Shown piece by piece: positions 56,322 through 64,000 of a stretch of DNA of 64,000 bases. The stretch is from Candidatus Woesebacteria bacterium (GTDB taxonomy: Bacteria; Patescibacteriota; Microgenomatia; UBA8517): NCBI GenBank assembly GCA_016700095.1, contig CP065002.1:1188145-1252144 (forward strand), in the 5' to 3' direction. How positions within the stretch are numbered: the stretch's first letter is position 1; the number at the start of each line of letters is the position of its first letter. A model generated the notes under the pieces. It was not told where the DNA came from and searched no databases. It saw only the letters and a list, made by a program, of their open reading frames with translations. The position numbers were made by a program, and so were the translations under genes.

Positions 56322-56735
56322 TTAATTCGCATCTCTTTTTACAATCTTAGTTTTGAACGGTAACTTAGCAGCAGCTCTTTTCAAAGCCGTGGTTACTAGT
56401 CCAATTTCTACACCTGCTACTTCAAAAATAACTCTGCCCGGTTTTATAACCGCGACATATCTATCAATGTCTCCTTTTCCACTTCCCATTCTTTGTCCGG
56501 CGGGACGTGAACTTACTGGTTTATCCGGAAATACACGAATCCAAACTCGTCCGCCTCTTTTCAAATTATGTGTTATTGCACGTCTTGCCGCTTCCAACTG
56601 TCTGGCTGACATCCATCCACGATCCAGTGCTTTTATACCATATTCACCAAATGCCAAGGTATTGCCACGGTTTGCGTTACCTCTCATTTTACCTCTAAAA
56701 TCCTTTCTATATTTTCTTCTTTTTGGTTCCAACAT
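56322..56735 (-). CDS. rplP: 50S ribosomal protein L16
   Basis: MLEPKRRKYRKDFRG...RMGSGKG.... Confidence 0.9.
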   Translation of the reverse strand: MLEPKRRKYRKDFRGKMRGNANRGNTLAFGEYGIKALDRGWMSARQLEAARRAITHNLKRGGRVWIRVFPDKPVSSRPAGQRMGSGKGDIDRYVAVIKPGRVIFEVAGVEIGLVTTALKRAAAKLPFKTKIVKRDAN

Positions 56736-56736
56736 T

Positions 56737-57390
56737 TTAATTTTCCCTTTCTTTGTGTATATACACCTTTACTCCAACATATCCTCTTTTCAGTGAAGCC
56801 GGTACTTGAGCGTATTCTATATTTTCTCTTAAAGTCTGGGCGGGAATTGATCCTAGATGAAACTTTTCCGTTCTCGAAATATCAGCTCCCCCAATTCTTC
56901 CGGACAAAACCACTTTTACACCTTTTGCCCTGGATTGCATAACTCTTTCCATCGCTTTGGTAACCACTCGGCGGTGCGGAATCCTTCGTTCCAGTTCACC
57001 GGCAATACGCATCGCAACTAATTGCGCGGACAATTCGGGATCTTTGATCTCCTGAACCCGAAGGTCAATCTTCAAATCCTTTGCAAGTGCCCCTCTGTGC
57101 TTTGTGATAATGCTTAATATAAATTTCTTTGTGTCCGTTATTCCGGTTCCACCTCGGCCAATTACCACTCCGGGTCGAGAAACCATCGCCGTAACCACCA
57201 TGCTTTTGGGAAGTCTTTCAATTTCAACCCTGGTTATGCCCGCAAGTTGCAACTTCTCCATCAAAGCTCTCCTTATTTTAATATCTTCAATCAAATAAGT
57301 TTTATATTTAGAGTCCGAAGCAAACCACCGCGATTGCCAAGGAAAAAACTTTCCGATTCTAAAACCTGTTGGATTAACTTTTTGTCCCAT
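56737..57390 (-). CDS. rpsC: 30S ribosomal protein S3
   Basis: MGQKVNPTGFRIG is the KH domain. 217 aa. Confidence 0.9.
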   Translation of the reverse strand: MGQKVNPTGFRIGKFFPWQSRWFASDSKYKTYLIEDIKIRRALMEKLQLAGITRVEIERLPKSMVVTAMVSRPGVVIGRGGTGITDTKKFILSIITKHRGALAKDLKIDLRVQEIKDPELSAQLVAMRIAGELERRIPHRRVVTKAMERVMQSRAKGVKVVLSGRIGGADISRTEKFHLGSIPAQTLRENIEYAQVPASLKRGYVGVKVYIHKEREN

Positions 57391-57391
57391 A

Positions 57392-57847
57392 TTATTTATT
57401 TTTTGATTTCTTTTGAGCTTCTTCTGGTTTCACTTTTTGAACCACCTGTTTGCTACTTTTTTTATCAATTTTCTCGGCTATTTTATTGTCAACCGCTTTG
57501 ACCTTGTCGATAGTTTTCTTTTCTACTTGTTCTAATACAATCCTTATGTGACTCATTTTTCTTTGATAAGGATGCCATCGACCCCTTGATACCGCTCTTC
57601 CTCTTTTTAATCTCGTTGCCTCATTTATCTGCAATTCTTTGATGACCAATTCACCAGTTACACCCTGATCTTTGGCGTTTGCAATCGCAGTTTTGATACT
57701 TTTTTGCAAAATAATAGAAGCTCTTTTACCGACAAACGGCAGTAATTCAACAGCTCTATTGGGTTCTAAGTTTCTGACAACATCGGCAACCAACCTCAAT
57801 TTACGAGGCGATGTTCTAACAAACTTCTGTGTATGAAAAACTTGCAT
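57392..57847 (-). CDS. rplV: 50S ribosomal protein L22 with a Lys-rich C-terminal extension
   Basis: L22 core, then about 40-aa K-rich tail. Confidence 0.85.
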   Translation of the reverse strand: MQVFHTQKFVRTSPRKLRLVADVVRNLEPNRAVELLPFVGKRASIILQKSIKTAIANAKDQGVTGELVIKELQINEATRLKRGRAVSRGRWHPYQRKMSHIRIVLEQVEKKTIDKVKAVDNKIAEKIDKKSSKQVVQKVKPEEAQKKSKNK

Positions 57848-57853
57848 AAAATA

Positions 57854-58138
57854 TTACGTCTTTTCAATAATTCTTTTAACAACTTGACCGTGTCCCCTGA
57901 AAGTGCGTGTTGGTGCAAACTCGCCGATTCTGTGCCCAACCATATCTTCGGTAACAAACACATCTAGAAATGTCCTTCCGTTGTGAACTTTGAAATATTT
58001 TCCAACAAATTCAGGTGGAATTTGACTCCTTCGTGCCCATGTTTTCACCGGGCTCTTTTTGTCAGAACCTTCACCATTACCTATCTTTTTTATTAAGTTT
58101 AGGTCTACAAACGGACCTTTTTTTGAACTTCTTGACAT
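57854..58138 (-). CDS. rpsS: 30S ribosomal protein S19
   Basis: [12 protein letters not shown]...HNGRTF...[16 protein letters not shown]. Confidence 0.9.
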   Translation of the reverse strand: MSRSSKKGPFVDLNLIKKIGNGEGSDKKSPVKTWARRSQIPPEFVGKYFKVHNGRTFLDVFVTEDMVGHRIGEFAPTRTFRGHGQVVKRIIEKT

Positions 58139-58139
58139 A

Positions 58140-58919
58140 TTAACTGTGACTTCCTTTCTTTCTTGGTTTTATTATTAATCTATTGGAATATTTTCTCTTT
58201 TGACGTGTTTTACCGACCGCTTTACGACCTTTATAGGTTTTAGGGAATTTCATACCGATTCCGCTTCTTCCTTCTCCTCCTCCGTGAGGATGTGAATGAG
58301 GATTTTGCGCTACTCCTCTGACGGTAGGTCTTATGCCCATTTTGCGTTTGGTTCCTGCTTTCCCGATACGCGCTGATCTTGGTTTTACTATCCCTACTTG
58401 GCCAACTGTTGCCTTGGCATCCGGAACAAACCTTCTTATTTCACCCGATGGAAGTTTCACTAGTACATACAACTCTTCTTTTCCGTGTACAATAGCTGCT
58501 GAACCGGCACCTCTGACGATTTGTCCTCCCTTTCCCGGTCGTATCTCTAAATTATGCACCTGAGTACCAACAATAATTTTTGACAAAGGCAAGCAGTTTC
58601 CCGGTTTAAATGGGGCATTAGCTGATGATATTACTTTTTGCCCTACAGTCAAGCCCAACGGAGCAAGAATATATCTTCTTTCACCGTCTTCGTAACACAC
58701 TTGTGCGACATTGGCAGTTCTGTTGGGATCGTACTGTATTTCTTCTACTTTGCCCCAAATATCAATTTTATCTCTTTTAAAATCAATAACTCTCAAAAAT
58801 CTCTTCTGTCTGCCACCCTGATGTCTGGTCGTTATTGTACCAAACGATCTGCCTGATTTTTTGGGTAATATTCTTTGTAACTTGCTCATATTATTTTTTA
58901 CTTTCATCAAAAACATCAA
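58140..58919 (-). CDS. rplB: 50S ribosomal protein L2 (true start probably internal Met MSKLQR..., avoiding overlap with rplW)
   Basis: [10 protein letters not shown]...ERRYILAP...[20 protein letters not shown]. Confidence 0.9.
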   Translation of the reverse strand: MMFLMKVKNNMSKLQRILPKKSGRSFGTITTRHQGGRQKRFLRVIDFKRDKIDIWGKVEEIQYDPNRTANVAQVCYEDGERRYILAPLGLTVGQKVISSANAPFKPGNCLPLSKIIVGTQVHNLEIRPGKGGQIVRGAGSAAIVHGKEELYVLVKLPSGEIRRFVPDAKATVGQVGIVKPRSARIGKAGTKRKMGIRPTVRGVAQNPHSHPHGGGEGRSGIGMKFPKTYKGRKAVGKTRQKRKYSNRLIIKPRKKGSHS

Positions 58920-59169
58920 TCTTCCCCTTACCCCTTAAAGTAACTATCGCTTTTTTTCTGGGTTTAATACTTTTTTTTCTACCTGTATATGTCTTTTTTG
59001 ATTCACCTTTGAAATTGGCGGTTCTTATTTTTACCACTTCAACGGCAAAAACTTCTTTTACCAGCTGTTTAATTTTGAATTTAGTCGCATTAACATCAAC
59101 CCAAAAAGAATATTTACCTTCCTTGGCATCTGCCAGGCTTTTTTCTGTAAGTATTGGAATTAACTTCAT
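58891..59169 (-). CDS. rplW: 50S ribosomal protein L23
   Basis: 92 aa. ILTEKSLADAKEGKYSFWVDVNATKFKIKQLVKEVFAVEV. Confidence 0.85.
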   Translation of the reverse strand: MKLIPILTEKSLADAKEGKYSFWVDVNATKFKIKQLVKEVFAVEVVKIRTANFKGESKKTYTGRKKSIKPRKKAIVTLRGKGKIDVFDESKK

Positions 59170-59171
59170 AT

Positions 59172-59885
59172 TTATTTTTTAACTGTTTTTTTGGGCTTCA
59201 AGGTGCTTGCTGTTTTCTTGCTCGTGGATTTTTTAATCGGATCTTTTTTGGTCACCAAGGCATCCTTATCAAAGATAATAAATCCTCCCAGAAATACCTT
59301 ATGCGCATTCATTGTATCGTAAGGATAAACTCTTACGTTGCTAATGTTTCTAAACATCTTAGCCTTTTCTTTGTTTGAGTTGGCCAAAAAGACGGTTATT
59401 TTCACACCTTCTTTACAGATTTTGTTCATAAGTTTTGAGGCAATCTTTGTCTTTTCGATTTTTGACACTCCATCGATGACTGCAAGTTTTTTATCCGAAA
59501 GTTTTAAATTTATAGCACTTGATAATGCGGTAAGTCTCATATTTTTGGACAACGATAGTTTTCGCTTTTCACCCGTCGGACCATGAGCTTTGCCTCCACC
59601 TACAAAAATCGGCGCCGAGGCGGCACCATGACGGGCTCTTCCCGTACCTTTTTGGCGATAGATTTTTTTCTTCGTAATATCAACTTCGGCACGGGTTTTG
59701 GCTACCGGTTTGTTGGAGTGCAAACGGTTTTCAAATACATAAATGGCTTGAGCTAACAGATTCTTATTCACTTTGCCACCAAGACTTTTTGGCAATTCCA
59801 CCGGTGTGCCTTTTGTCCCATTTAATGAATATGTTTCAATTTTTGTCATATGATTATTGTTCGTTATTGGCATTTTGATCGTCAC
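59172..59885 (-). CDS. rplD: 50S ribosomal protein L4 (likely start at internal MTKIETYSL, ATG at about 59847-59849)
   Basis: QKGTGRARHGAASAPIFVGGGKAHGP. Confidence 0.9.
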   Translation of the reverse strand: MTIKMPITNNNHMTKIETYSLNGTKGTPVELPKSLGGKVNKNLLAQAIYVFENRLHSNKPVAKTRAEVDITKKKIYRQKGTGRARHGAASAPIFVGGGKAHGPTGEKRKLSLSKNMRLTALSSAINLKLSDKKLAVIDGVSKIEKTKIASKLMNKICKEGVKITVFLANSNKEKAKMFRNISNVRVYPYDTMNAHKVFLGGFIIFDKDALVTKKDPIKKSTSKKTASTLKPKKTVKK

Positions 59886-60558
59886 CAGGTGCTACTTGAT
59901 TTTCTTTGTCCGATGTGTCGACACCGCCTGAAATCTTTGTAATAACCAAAAAACCAAGTGTATTTCCCGGAATCGTACCCGATATCGCTATCTCACCAAG
60001 ATCTTTGTTGATTTCAAGTACTTTCAAATTTTTGACGTCAACAGTGTTGTTACCCATTCTTCCTGGCATTTTTTTACCTTTTCTAACGCGACCAGGAGTC
60101 GTTCCTTGGCCTATTGATCCGGGTCTTCTCTCATGACCACTATGACCATGAGAACGGGGATAACCTGAGAAACTCCACCTTTTGACTACTCCTGCAAACC
60201 CCTTACCTCTGGATGTTCCAACAACCGACACTTTATCACCTTCCATAAATATGTCAGTAACATTTATCTCGTCACCGACTTTGTATTTTTCCGGATCGTC
60301 AACTTTTACTTCCGACAAAAAACGAGGCGCTTTCTTGTCTTTGATAGCGCCTTTTAAGTGTCCTGAAACGGGTTTTTTAATATTTTTGAGATTTTTAGTT
60401 CCAAATCCGAATTGAACTGCATTATATCCATCTTTGTCCTTTGTTTTTATTTGCGTAATGACACACGGTCCTACTTTGACCCACGTAACAGGCACTCGTT
60501 TATCTCCAACGAATTTTTGACTCATCTTGTGCTTTTGTCCTAATAAAGAATTAATCAT
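59854..60558 (-). CDS. rplC: 50S ribosomal protein L3 with a C-terminal acidic/Gln-rich tail
   Basis: MINSLLGQKHKMSQKF...NAVQFGFG... aligns to E. coli MIGLVGKKVGMTRIF. Confidence 0.9.
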   Translation of the reverse strand: MINSLLGQKHKMSQKFVGDKRVPVTWVKVGPCVITQIKTKDKDGYNAVQFGFGTKNLKNIKKPVSGHLKGAIKDKKAPRFLSEVKVDDPEKYKVGDEINVTDIFMEGDKVSVVGTSRGKGFAGVVKRWSFSGYPRSHGHSGHERRPGSIGQGTTPGRVRKGKKMPGRMGNNTVDVKNLKVLEINKDLGEIAISGTIPGNTLGFLVITKISGGVDTSDKENQVAPGDDQNANNEQ

Positions 60559-60567
60559 TTTTTGTCA

Positions 60568-60591
60568 TAAAAAAAGGTGCCAGAGGCACCT
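60568..60591 (-). promoter_or_regulatory. Terminator/attenuator-like hairpin (aggtgcc-aga-ggcacct, 7-bp stem) plus U7 ending 10 nt upstream of the rplC start codon, at the end of a 310-nt untranslated leader
   Basis: Read directly. Minus-strand order is AGGTGCCTCTGGCACC TTTTTTT ATGACAAAAA ATG(rplC). No SD-like sequence for rplC. Confidence 0.4.
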
Positions 60592-60870
60592 GTAAAAATT
60601 GGTACAACCCGGCTTTCAACGTGGCTATATGTGACGAACCACTTCCACGCTCGTAAGTATATCAAATCGCATTGCACTAGGCAAGCGCCGCAGTTTATAA
60701 CAATAAATCACAAAAGCTTAAGCATTGGCTCGTGGATGAAGATTTTCCGAATAAGAAGAGTAGGAACAAGCGAACTTAACTAAGACTGGAAGAAATTACG
60801 TCACATGCACCTGTAGAGCCTTATTATCTTATATTGAACTGATTAATCTCTAAAATTATTTCGGCAGAAG

Positions 60871-61431
60871 TTAATGCTGTTTTTCCACAAGAGATAGATA
60901 CTCGGTGTTACCTCCCCGTTTACCTACAATAGGCGAAACCGTGGTTGCAATTACTTTTAATCCTAAACTTTCGATTTTTTTAGTTACTTTGTCAAGAATT
61001 TCATCTTCAAATTTTTCATCCAGTTTACCACCCCGAACCAATTGGGATGCTTCATAATGTGGTTTGATAAGCGTTATTATCTTTCCATCATCTTTCAAAT
61101 TCCAAGACGCATTTGGAATGATCAATTCCTGTTTGGTCCATCCAACATCAATCGTAATTAAATCGACTTTTTCCGGTAACTTAATATGCATGGCGTTTTT
61201 ACGCTCCATGACCACAACACGTCCGTCATTTCTTAACTTCCATGCCAATTCACCATAAGAAGTATCGACAGAATACACTTTCGAGGCGCCTTGTTGCAGT
61301 AAACAATCCACAAAACCACCGGTTGATGATCCGAAATCCGCACACATAAGTTCGGTAACATCAACCTCAAAGTTCGTAATTGCATGGTATAATTTTTCCC
61401 CTGCACGAGAAACGAATTGGCTATTCATCAT
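60871..61431 (-). CDS. tlyA: TlyA-family rRNA 2'-O-methyltransferase (FtsJ-like fold; S4 domain absent)
   Basis: VSRAGEKL...DFGSSTGGFVDCLLQQGASKVYSVDTSYGELAWKLRNDGRVVVMERKNA...VDLITIDVGW...LIKPHYE aligns along the whole TlyA methyltransferase domain (M. tuberculosis TlyA recalled: VSRGGRKL...DAGASTGGFTEVLL..GA..V...DVGYGQLAW.LRND.RVVV.ERTNAR). Confidence 0.8.
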   Translation of the reverse strand: MMNSQFVSRAGEKLYHAITNFEVDVTELMCADFGSSTGGFVDCLLQQGASKVYSVDTSYGELAWKLRNDGRVVVMERKNAMHIKLPEKVDLITIDVGWTKQELIIPNASWNLKDDGKIITLIKPHYEASQLVRGGKLDEKFEDEILDKVTKKIESLGLKVIATTVSPIVGKRGGNTEYLSLVEKQH

Positions 61432-61547
61432 GGAAGTGTAACAAAATTACGCGCTTTATTACAGTTATTAAGTCGATGACTGTAGAAAAATAGAAATCAA
61501 TTCCTTAGTCAATAATTTCCAAGTGGGGAGCGCAAAGGTTTTGCGGG

Positions 61548-61862
61548 TTACATTTTAATCTCAATACTCACACCTGCAGGAAGATCTAAATTAGAAAGCG
61601 AGTCGATTGTACGTGGAGAAGGATCGAGAATATCAATTAACCTTTTGTGCACAAGTGTTTCGAAATGTTCTTGGGCATCCTTGTTAACAAATGGTGACTT
61701 AAGAATAGGAATGAGAGTTCTTTTTGTCGGAAGTGGTACAGGACCAATTACTTTTGCACCAGTGGAAATGGCACTATCCAATATCTTTACCGCCGCCTCG
61801 TCAATGACGCGGTGGTCGTAAGCTTTTAGTTTGACACGAAGTCTTCCAGCTGTCATATGCAA
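61548..61862 (-). CDS. rpsJ: 30S ribosomal protein S10
   Basis: RLRVKLKAYDHRVIDEAAVKI...GPVPLPTK. Confidence 0.9.
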   Translation of the reverse strand: MHMTAGRLRVKLKAYDHRVIDEAAVKILDSAISTGAKVIGPVPLPTKRTLIPILKSPFVNKDAQEHFETLVHKRLIDILDPSPRTIDSLSNLDLPAGVSIEIKM

Positions 61863-61893
61863 ATAGTAAATGTGCGAATAGAAATTTTACGCT

Positions 61894-63096
61894 TTATTTG
61901 AGAATCTTGGTAATAACACCAGCACCTACGGTGCTGCCGCCTTCTCTAATAGCAAATCTTAATCCTTCTTCCATTGCTACGGGGACAATTAGTTTTCCAA
62001 CCATTTTTGCGTTATCTCCCGGCATAACCATTTCTACACCTTCAGGTAAAGTTACTTCACCTGTAACATCAGCTGTCCTTATGAAAAACTGGGGTTTATA
62101 GCCTGTAAAGAAGGGTGTATGTCTTCCACCTTCTTCTTTAGATAATATATAAACTTCGGCTTCAAACTCTGTGTGAGCGGTTACACTACCCGGTTTAACA
62201 AGTACTTGTCCTCTTTCAACATCATCTTTCTTTATCCCTCTCAAAAGAACACCGACATTGTCCCCGGCAACCGTTTCATCCAAAGTCTTTCTAAACATTT
62301 CCAGACCGGTTACAACTGTTTTTACAGTTGCTCTAATTCCTAAAATTTCAATTTCTTCGTTTACTCCAAGTTTTCCTCTTTCAACCCTACCGGTAACAAC
62401 TGTTCCGCGTCCTGTCTTTGAAAAGACATCTTCGACCGGCATCAAAAATGGTCTTTCAGTATCTCTTTTTGGTTCTTCAAAATACTCATCAACCGATTTC
62501 ATAAGTTCAAGAATCGACTTTTCGGCATCAGCGTCACCTTCCATAGCTTTTAGTGCACTTCCGCGAATGATAGGAGTCTTTTCACCATCATATTCATATT
62601 TAGTCAAAAGCTCACGCACATCAGCTTCGACGAGATCAATAATCTCAGGATCATCAACCATATCGATTTTATTAAGAAAGACAACAAGTGAAGGAACATT
62701 AACTTGACGAGCAAGAATAACGTGTTCTCTAGTTTGTGGCATAGGACCATCAGCCGCGGATATTACAAGAATTGCTCCATCCATTTGAGCGGCACCGGTA
62801 ATCATGTTCTTTATGTAGTCGGCATGTCCAGGAGCATCAATATGTGCATAATGCCTCTTGTCAGTCTCGTATTCGACGTGAGTTATGTTAATAGTTACGC
62901 CTCTTTCTTTCTCTTCTGGAGCATTGTCGATTTGATCAAATTTAAGAGTTTGAGTATTATTTCCCGGTTGCTTTGCCAAAACTGCAGTTATTGCTGCGGT
63001 TAGAGTAGTTTTTCCGTGATCCACATGACCTATGGTACCGATATTCAAATGAGGTTTCGATCTTTCAAATTTTTTTCTTGCTACGTCTGCTGCCAT
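61894..63096 (-). CDS. tuf: Elongation factor Tu
   Basis: [25 protein letters not shown]-binding motifs. 400 aa. Confidence 0.95.
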   Translation of the reverse strand: MAADVARKKFERSKPHLNIGTIGHVDHGKTTLTAAITAVLAKQPGNNTQTLKFDQIDNAPEEKERGVTINITHVEYETDKRHYAHIDAPGHADYIKNMITGAAQMDGAILVISAADGPMPQTREHVILARQVNVPSLVVFLNKIDMVDDPEIIDLVEADVRELLTKYEYDGEKTPIIRGSALKAMEGDADAEKSILELMKSVDEYFEEPKRDTERPFLMPVEDVFSKTGRGTVVTGRVERGKLGVNEEIEILGIRATVKTVVTGLEMFRKTLDETVAGDNVGVLLRGIKKDDVERGQVLVKPGSVTAHTEFEAEVYILSKEEGGRHTPFFTGYKPQFFIRTADVTGEVTLPEGVEMVMPGDNAKMVGKLIVPVAMEEGLRFAIREGGSTVGAGVITKILK

Positions 63097-63197
63097 GTTA
63101 TTATTCTATATGTTTTTGTTGCCTAAATCAAACCACACTTTGTGCGGCAACGATGGTATTATTACAGGCACACTCCATGCTGTCAAGTAGTATTTTT

Positions 63198-64000
63198 TTA
63201 CCTCAACGCGTTTTGACTTGTGTTAACAATATTTTCTGCAATATTTGCCGGAACTTCGTCGTAGTGGCTTGGTTCAATGTAAGGGGTTGCACGACCTTTT
63301 GATATAGATCTCAAAGTTGTTGCATAACCTCTAAGTTCAGACAATGGTCCAACTGCATTTATAATAGTAACTATTCCTTTGTCTTCGGTTCCTTGAATTT
63401 GCGCTCGTCTGGATGACAAATCACCAATGATGTCTCCCATATATTCCTCAGGGGTCGACACCTCGATCTTCATTATGGGTTCAAGAAGCACAAGGGATGC
63501 TTTTCTGGCGGCTTGCTCGACAGCAAGTGATCCCGCTATCTTGAATGCTAACTCTGAGGAATCAACATCGTGATATGTACCGTCATAAAGGGTAATTTTT
63601 ATATCGGTAACGGGATAACCGGCAAGTATTCCTTTTTCCAACTTTTCAACGATACCTTTTTCAACCGCAGGTATATATTCGGAAGGAATGGCACCACCTT
63701 TGATTTTATTTACAAATTCATAACCTTCCCCTCTGCCTTTTGGTTCAATTTCCACAAAACAGTGCCCGTATTGTCCACGACCTCCTGTTTGTTTGATGTA
63801 TTTTCCTTCTGCTTTTGCATTACCTTTTATCGTTTCTTTGTAAGCAACTTGCGGAGCACCAGTTGACGCTATTACATTGAATTCTCTCTTCATCCTGTCT
63901 ACCAATATTTCAAGCTGCAACTCGCCCATACCGGAAATTATTGTCTGACCCGTTTCGTGATTTGTACGAATTCTAAATGTCGGATCTTCGTCTGAAAGTT
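63198..64000 (-). CDS. fusA: Elongation factor G, C-terminal part (gene continues beyond the window end)
   Basis: Domains IV-V of EF-G (..VAYKETI...GGRGQYGH..., ...[16 protein letters not shown]...). The reading frame is open to position 64000. Confidence 0.9.
   Translation of the reverse strand, partial: LSDEDPTFRIRTNHETGQTIISGMGELQLEILVDRMKREFNVIASTGAPQVAYKETIKGNAKAEGKYIKQTGGRGQYGHCFVEIEPKGRGEGYEFVNKIKGGAIPSEYIPAVEKGIVEKLEKGILAGYPVTDIKITLYDGTYHDVDSSELAFKIAGSLAVEQAARKASLVLLEPIMKIEVSTPEEYMGDIIGDLSSRRAQIQGTEDKGIVTIINAVGPLSELRGYATTLRSISKGRATPYIEPSHYDEVPANIAENIVNTSQNALR

Noticed and set aside
60577-60783. 68-aa plus-strand ORF inside the rplC leader
   Set aside because: Opposite strand to the operon and no RBS. 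The region is better explained as an untranslated regulatory leader.

Overview
This is an AT-rich bacterial segment with tightly packed genes on both strands. Several sequence-visible traits suggest a Candidate Phyla Radiation (CPR, Patescibacteria-like) organism: ribosomal protein L30 is absent between rpsE and rplO, rpmJ has no cysteines, many ribosomal proteins carry Lys-rich tails, and there is a large type IV pilus locus. This taxonomic placement is an inference, not a database result.

Reading left to right:

1. Positions 1-4742 hold a phage-satellite-like mobile island: an MGE protein running off the window, SpoVG, a small terminase subunit (TerS-like), a small membrane protein, an XRE repressor, and a Vsr + MspI/HpaII-like restriction endonuclease + C5 cytosine methyltransferase module. 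The island abuts a comM/yifB gene whose product stops at the NPCP motif, about 150 aa short of full length.
2. Positions 5874-10033 carry a histidine kinase flanked by two paralogous stand-alone receiver proteins.
3. Positions 10076-16417 carry a cryptic operon (Glu/Leu/Phe/Val-family dehydrogenase, MFS transporter, ThiF/E1-like enzyme, PaaK/F390-synthetase-like adenylating enzyme) with a divergent regulator that has tandem ribbon-helix-helix (RHH) motifs.
4. Positions 16418-17168 are a 750-bp ORF-free convergent spacer with a 14-bp perfect inverted repeat bracketing 93 nt.
5. Positions 17169-27532 are a type IV pilus cluster (pilin, PilO-like, PilM-PilN fusion, minor pilins, PilC, PilB).
6. 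RNase P RNA (rnpB) lies on the minus strand at about 27677-28046, with no ORF covering its full span in the track.
7. Positions 28096-37336 hold housekeeping genes (miaA, HU, RNase Y, recX-recA, two NUDIX hydrolases, an SPFH protein, TspO) and tRNA-Pro(GGG).
8. Positions 39372-45158 are an isoprenoid block: UppS with an unusual C-terminal fusion, a polyprenyl synthase, a Nudix hydrolase, IDI-2, isopentenyl phosphate kinase, and a (phospho)mevalonate decarboxylase, consistent with the alternative mevalonate route.
9. Positions 45252-64000 are the ribosomal protein superoperon (rpsI ... rpsJ, tuf, partial fusA), including an unannotated rpmJ, a TlyA-like 2'-O-methyltransferase inserted between rpsJ and rplC, and a terminator-like hairpin 10 nt upstream of rplC.

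No CRISPR array was seen.
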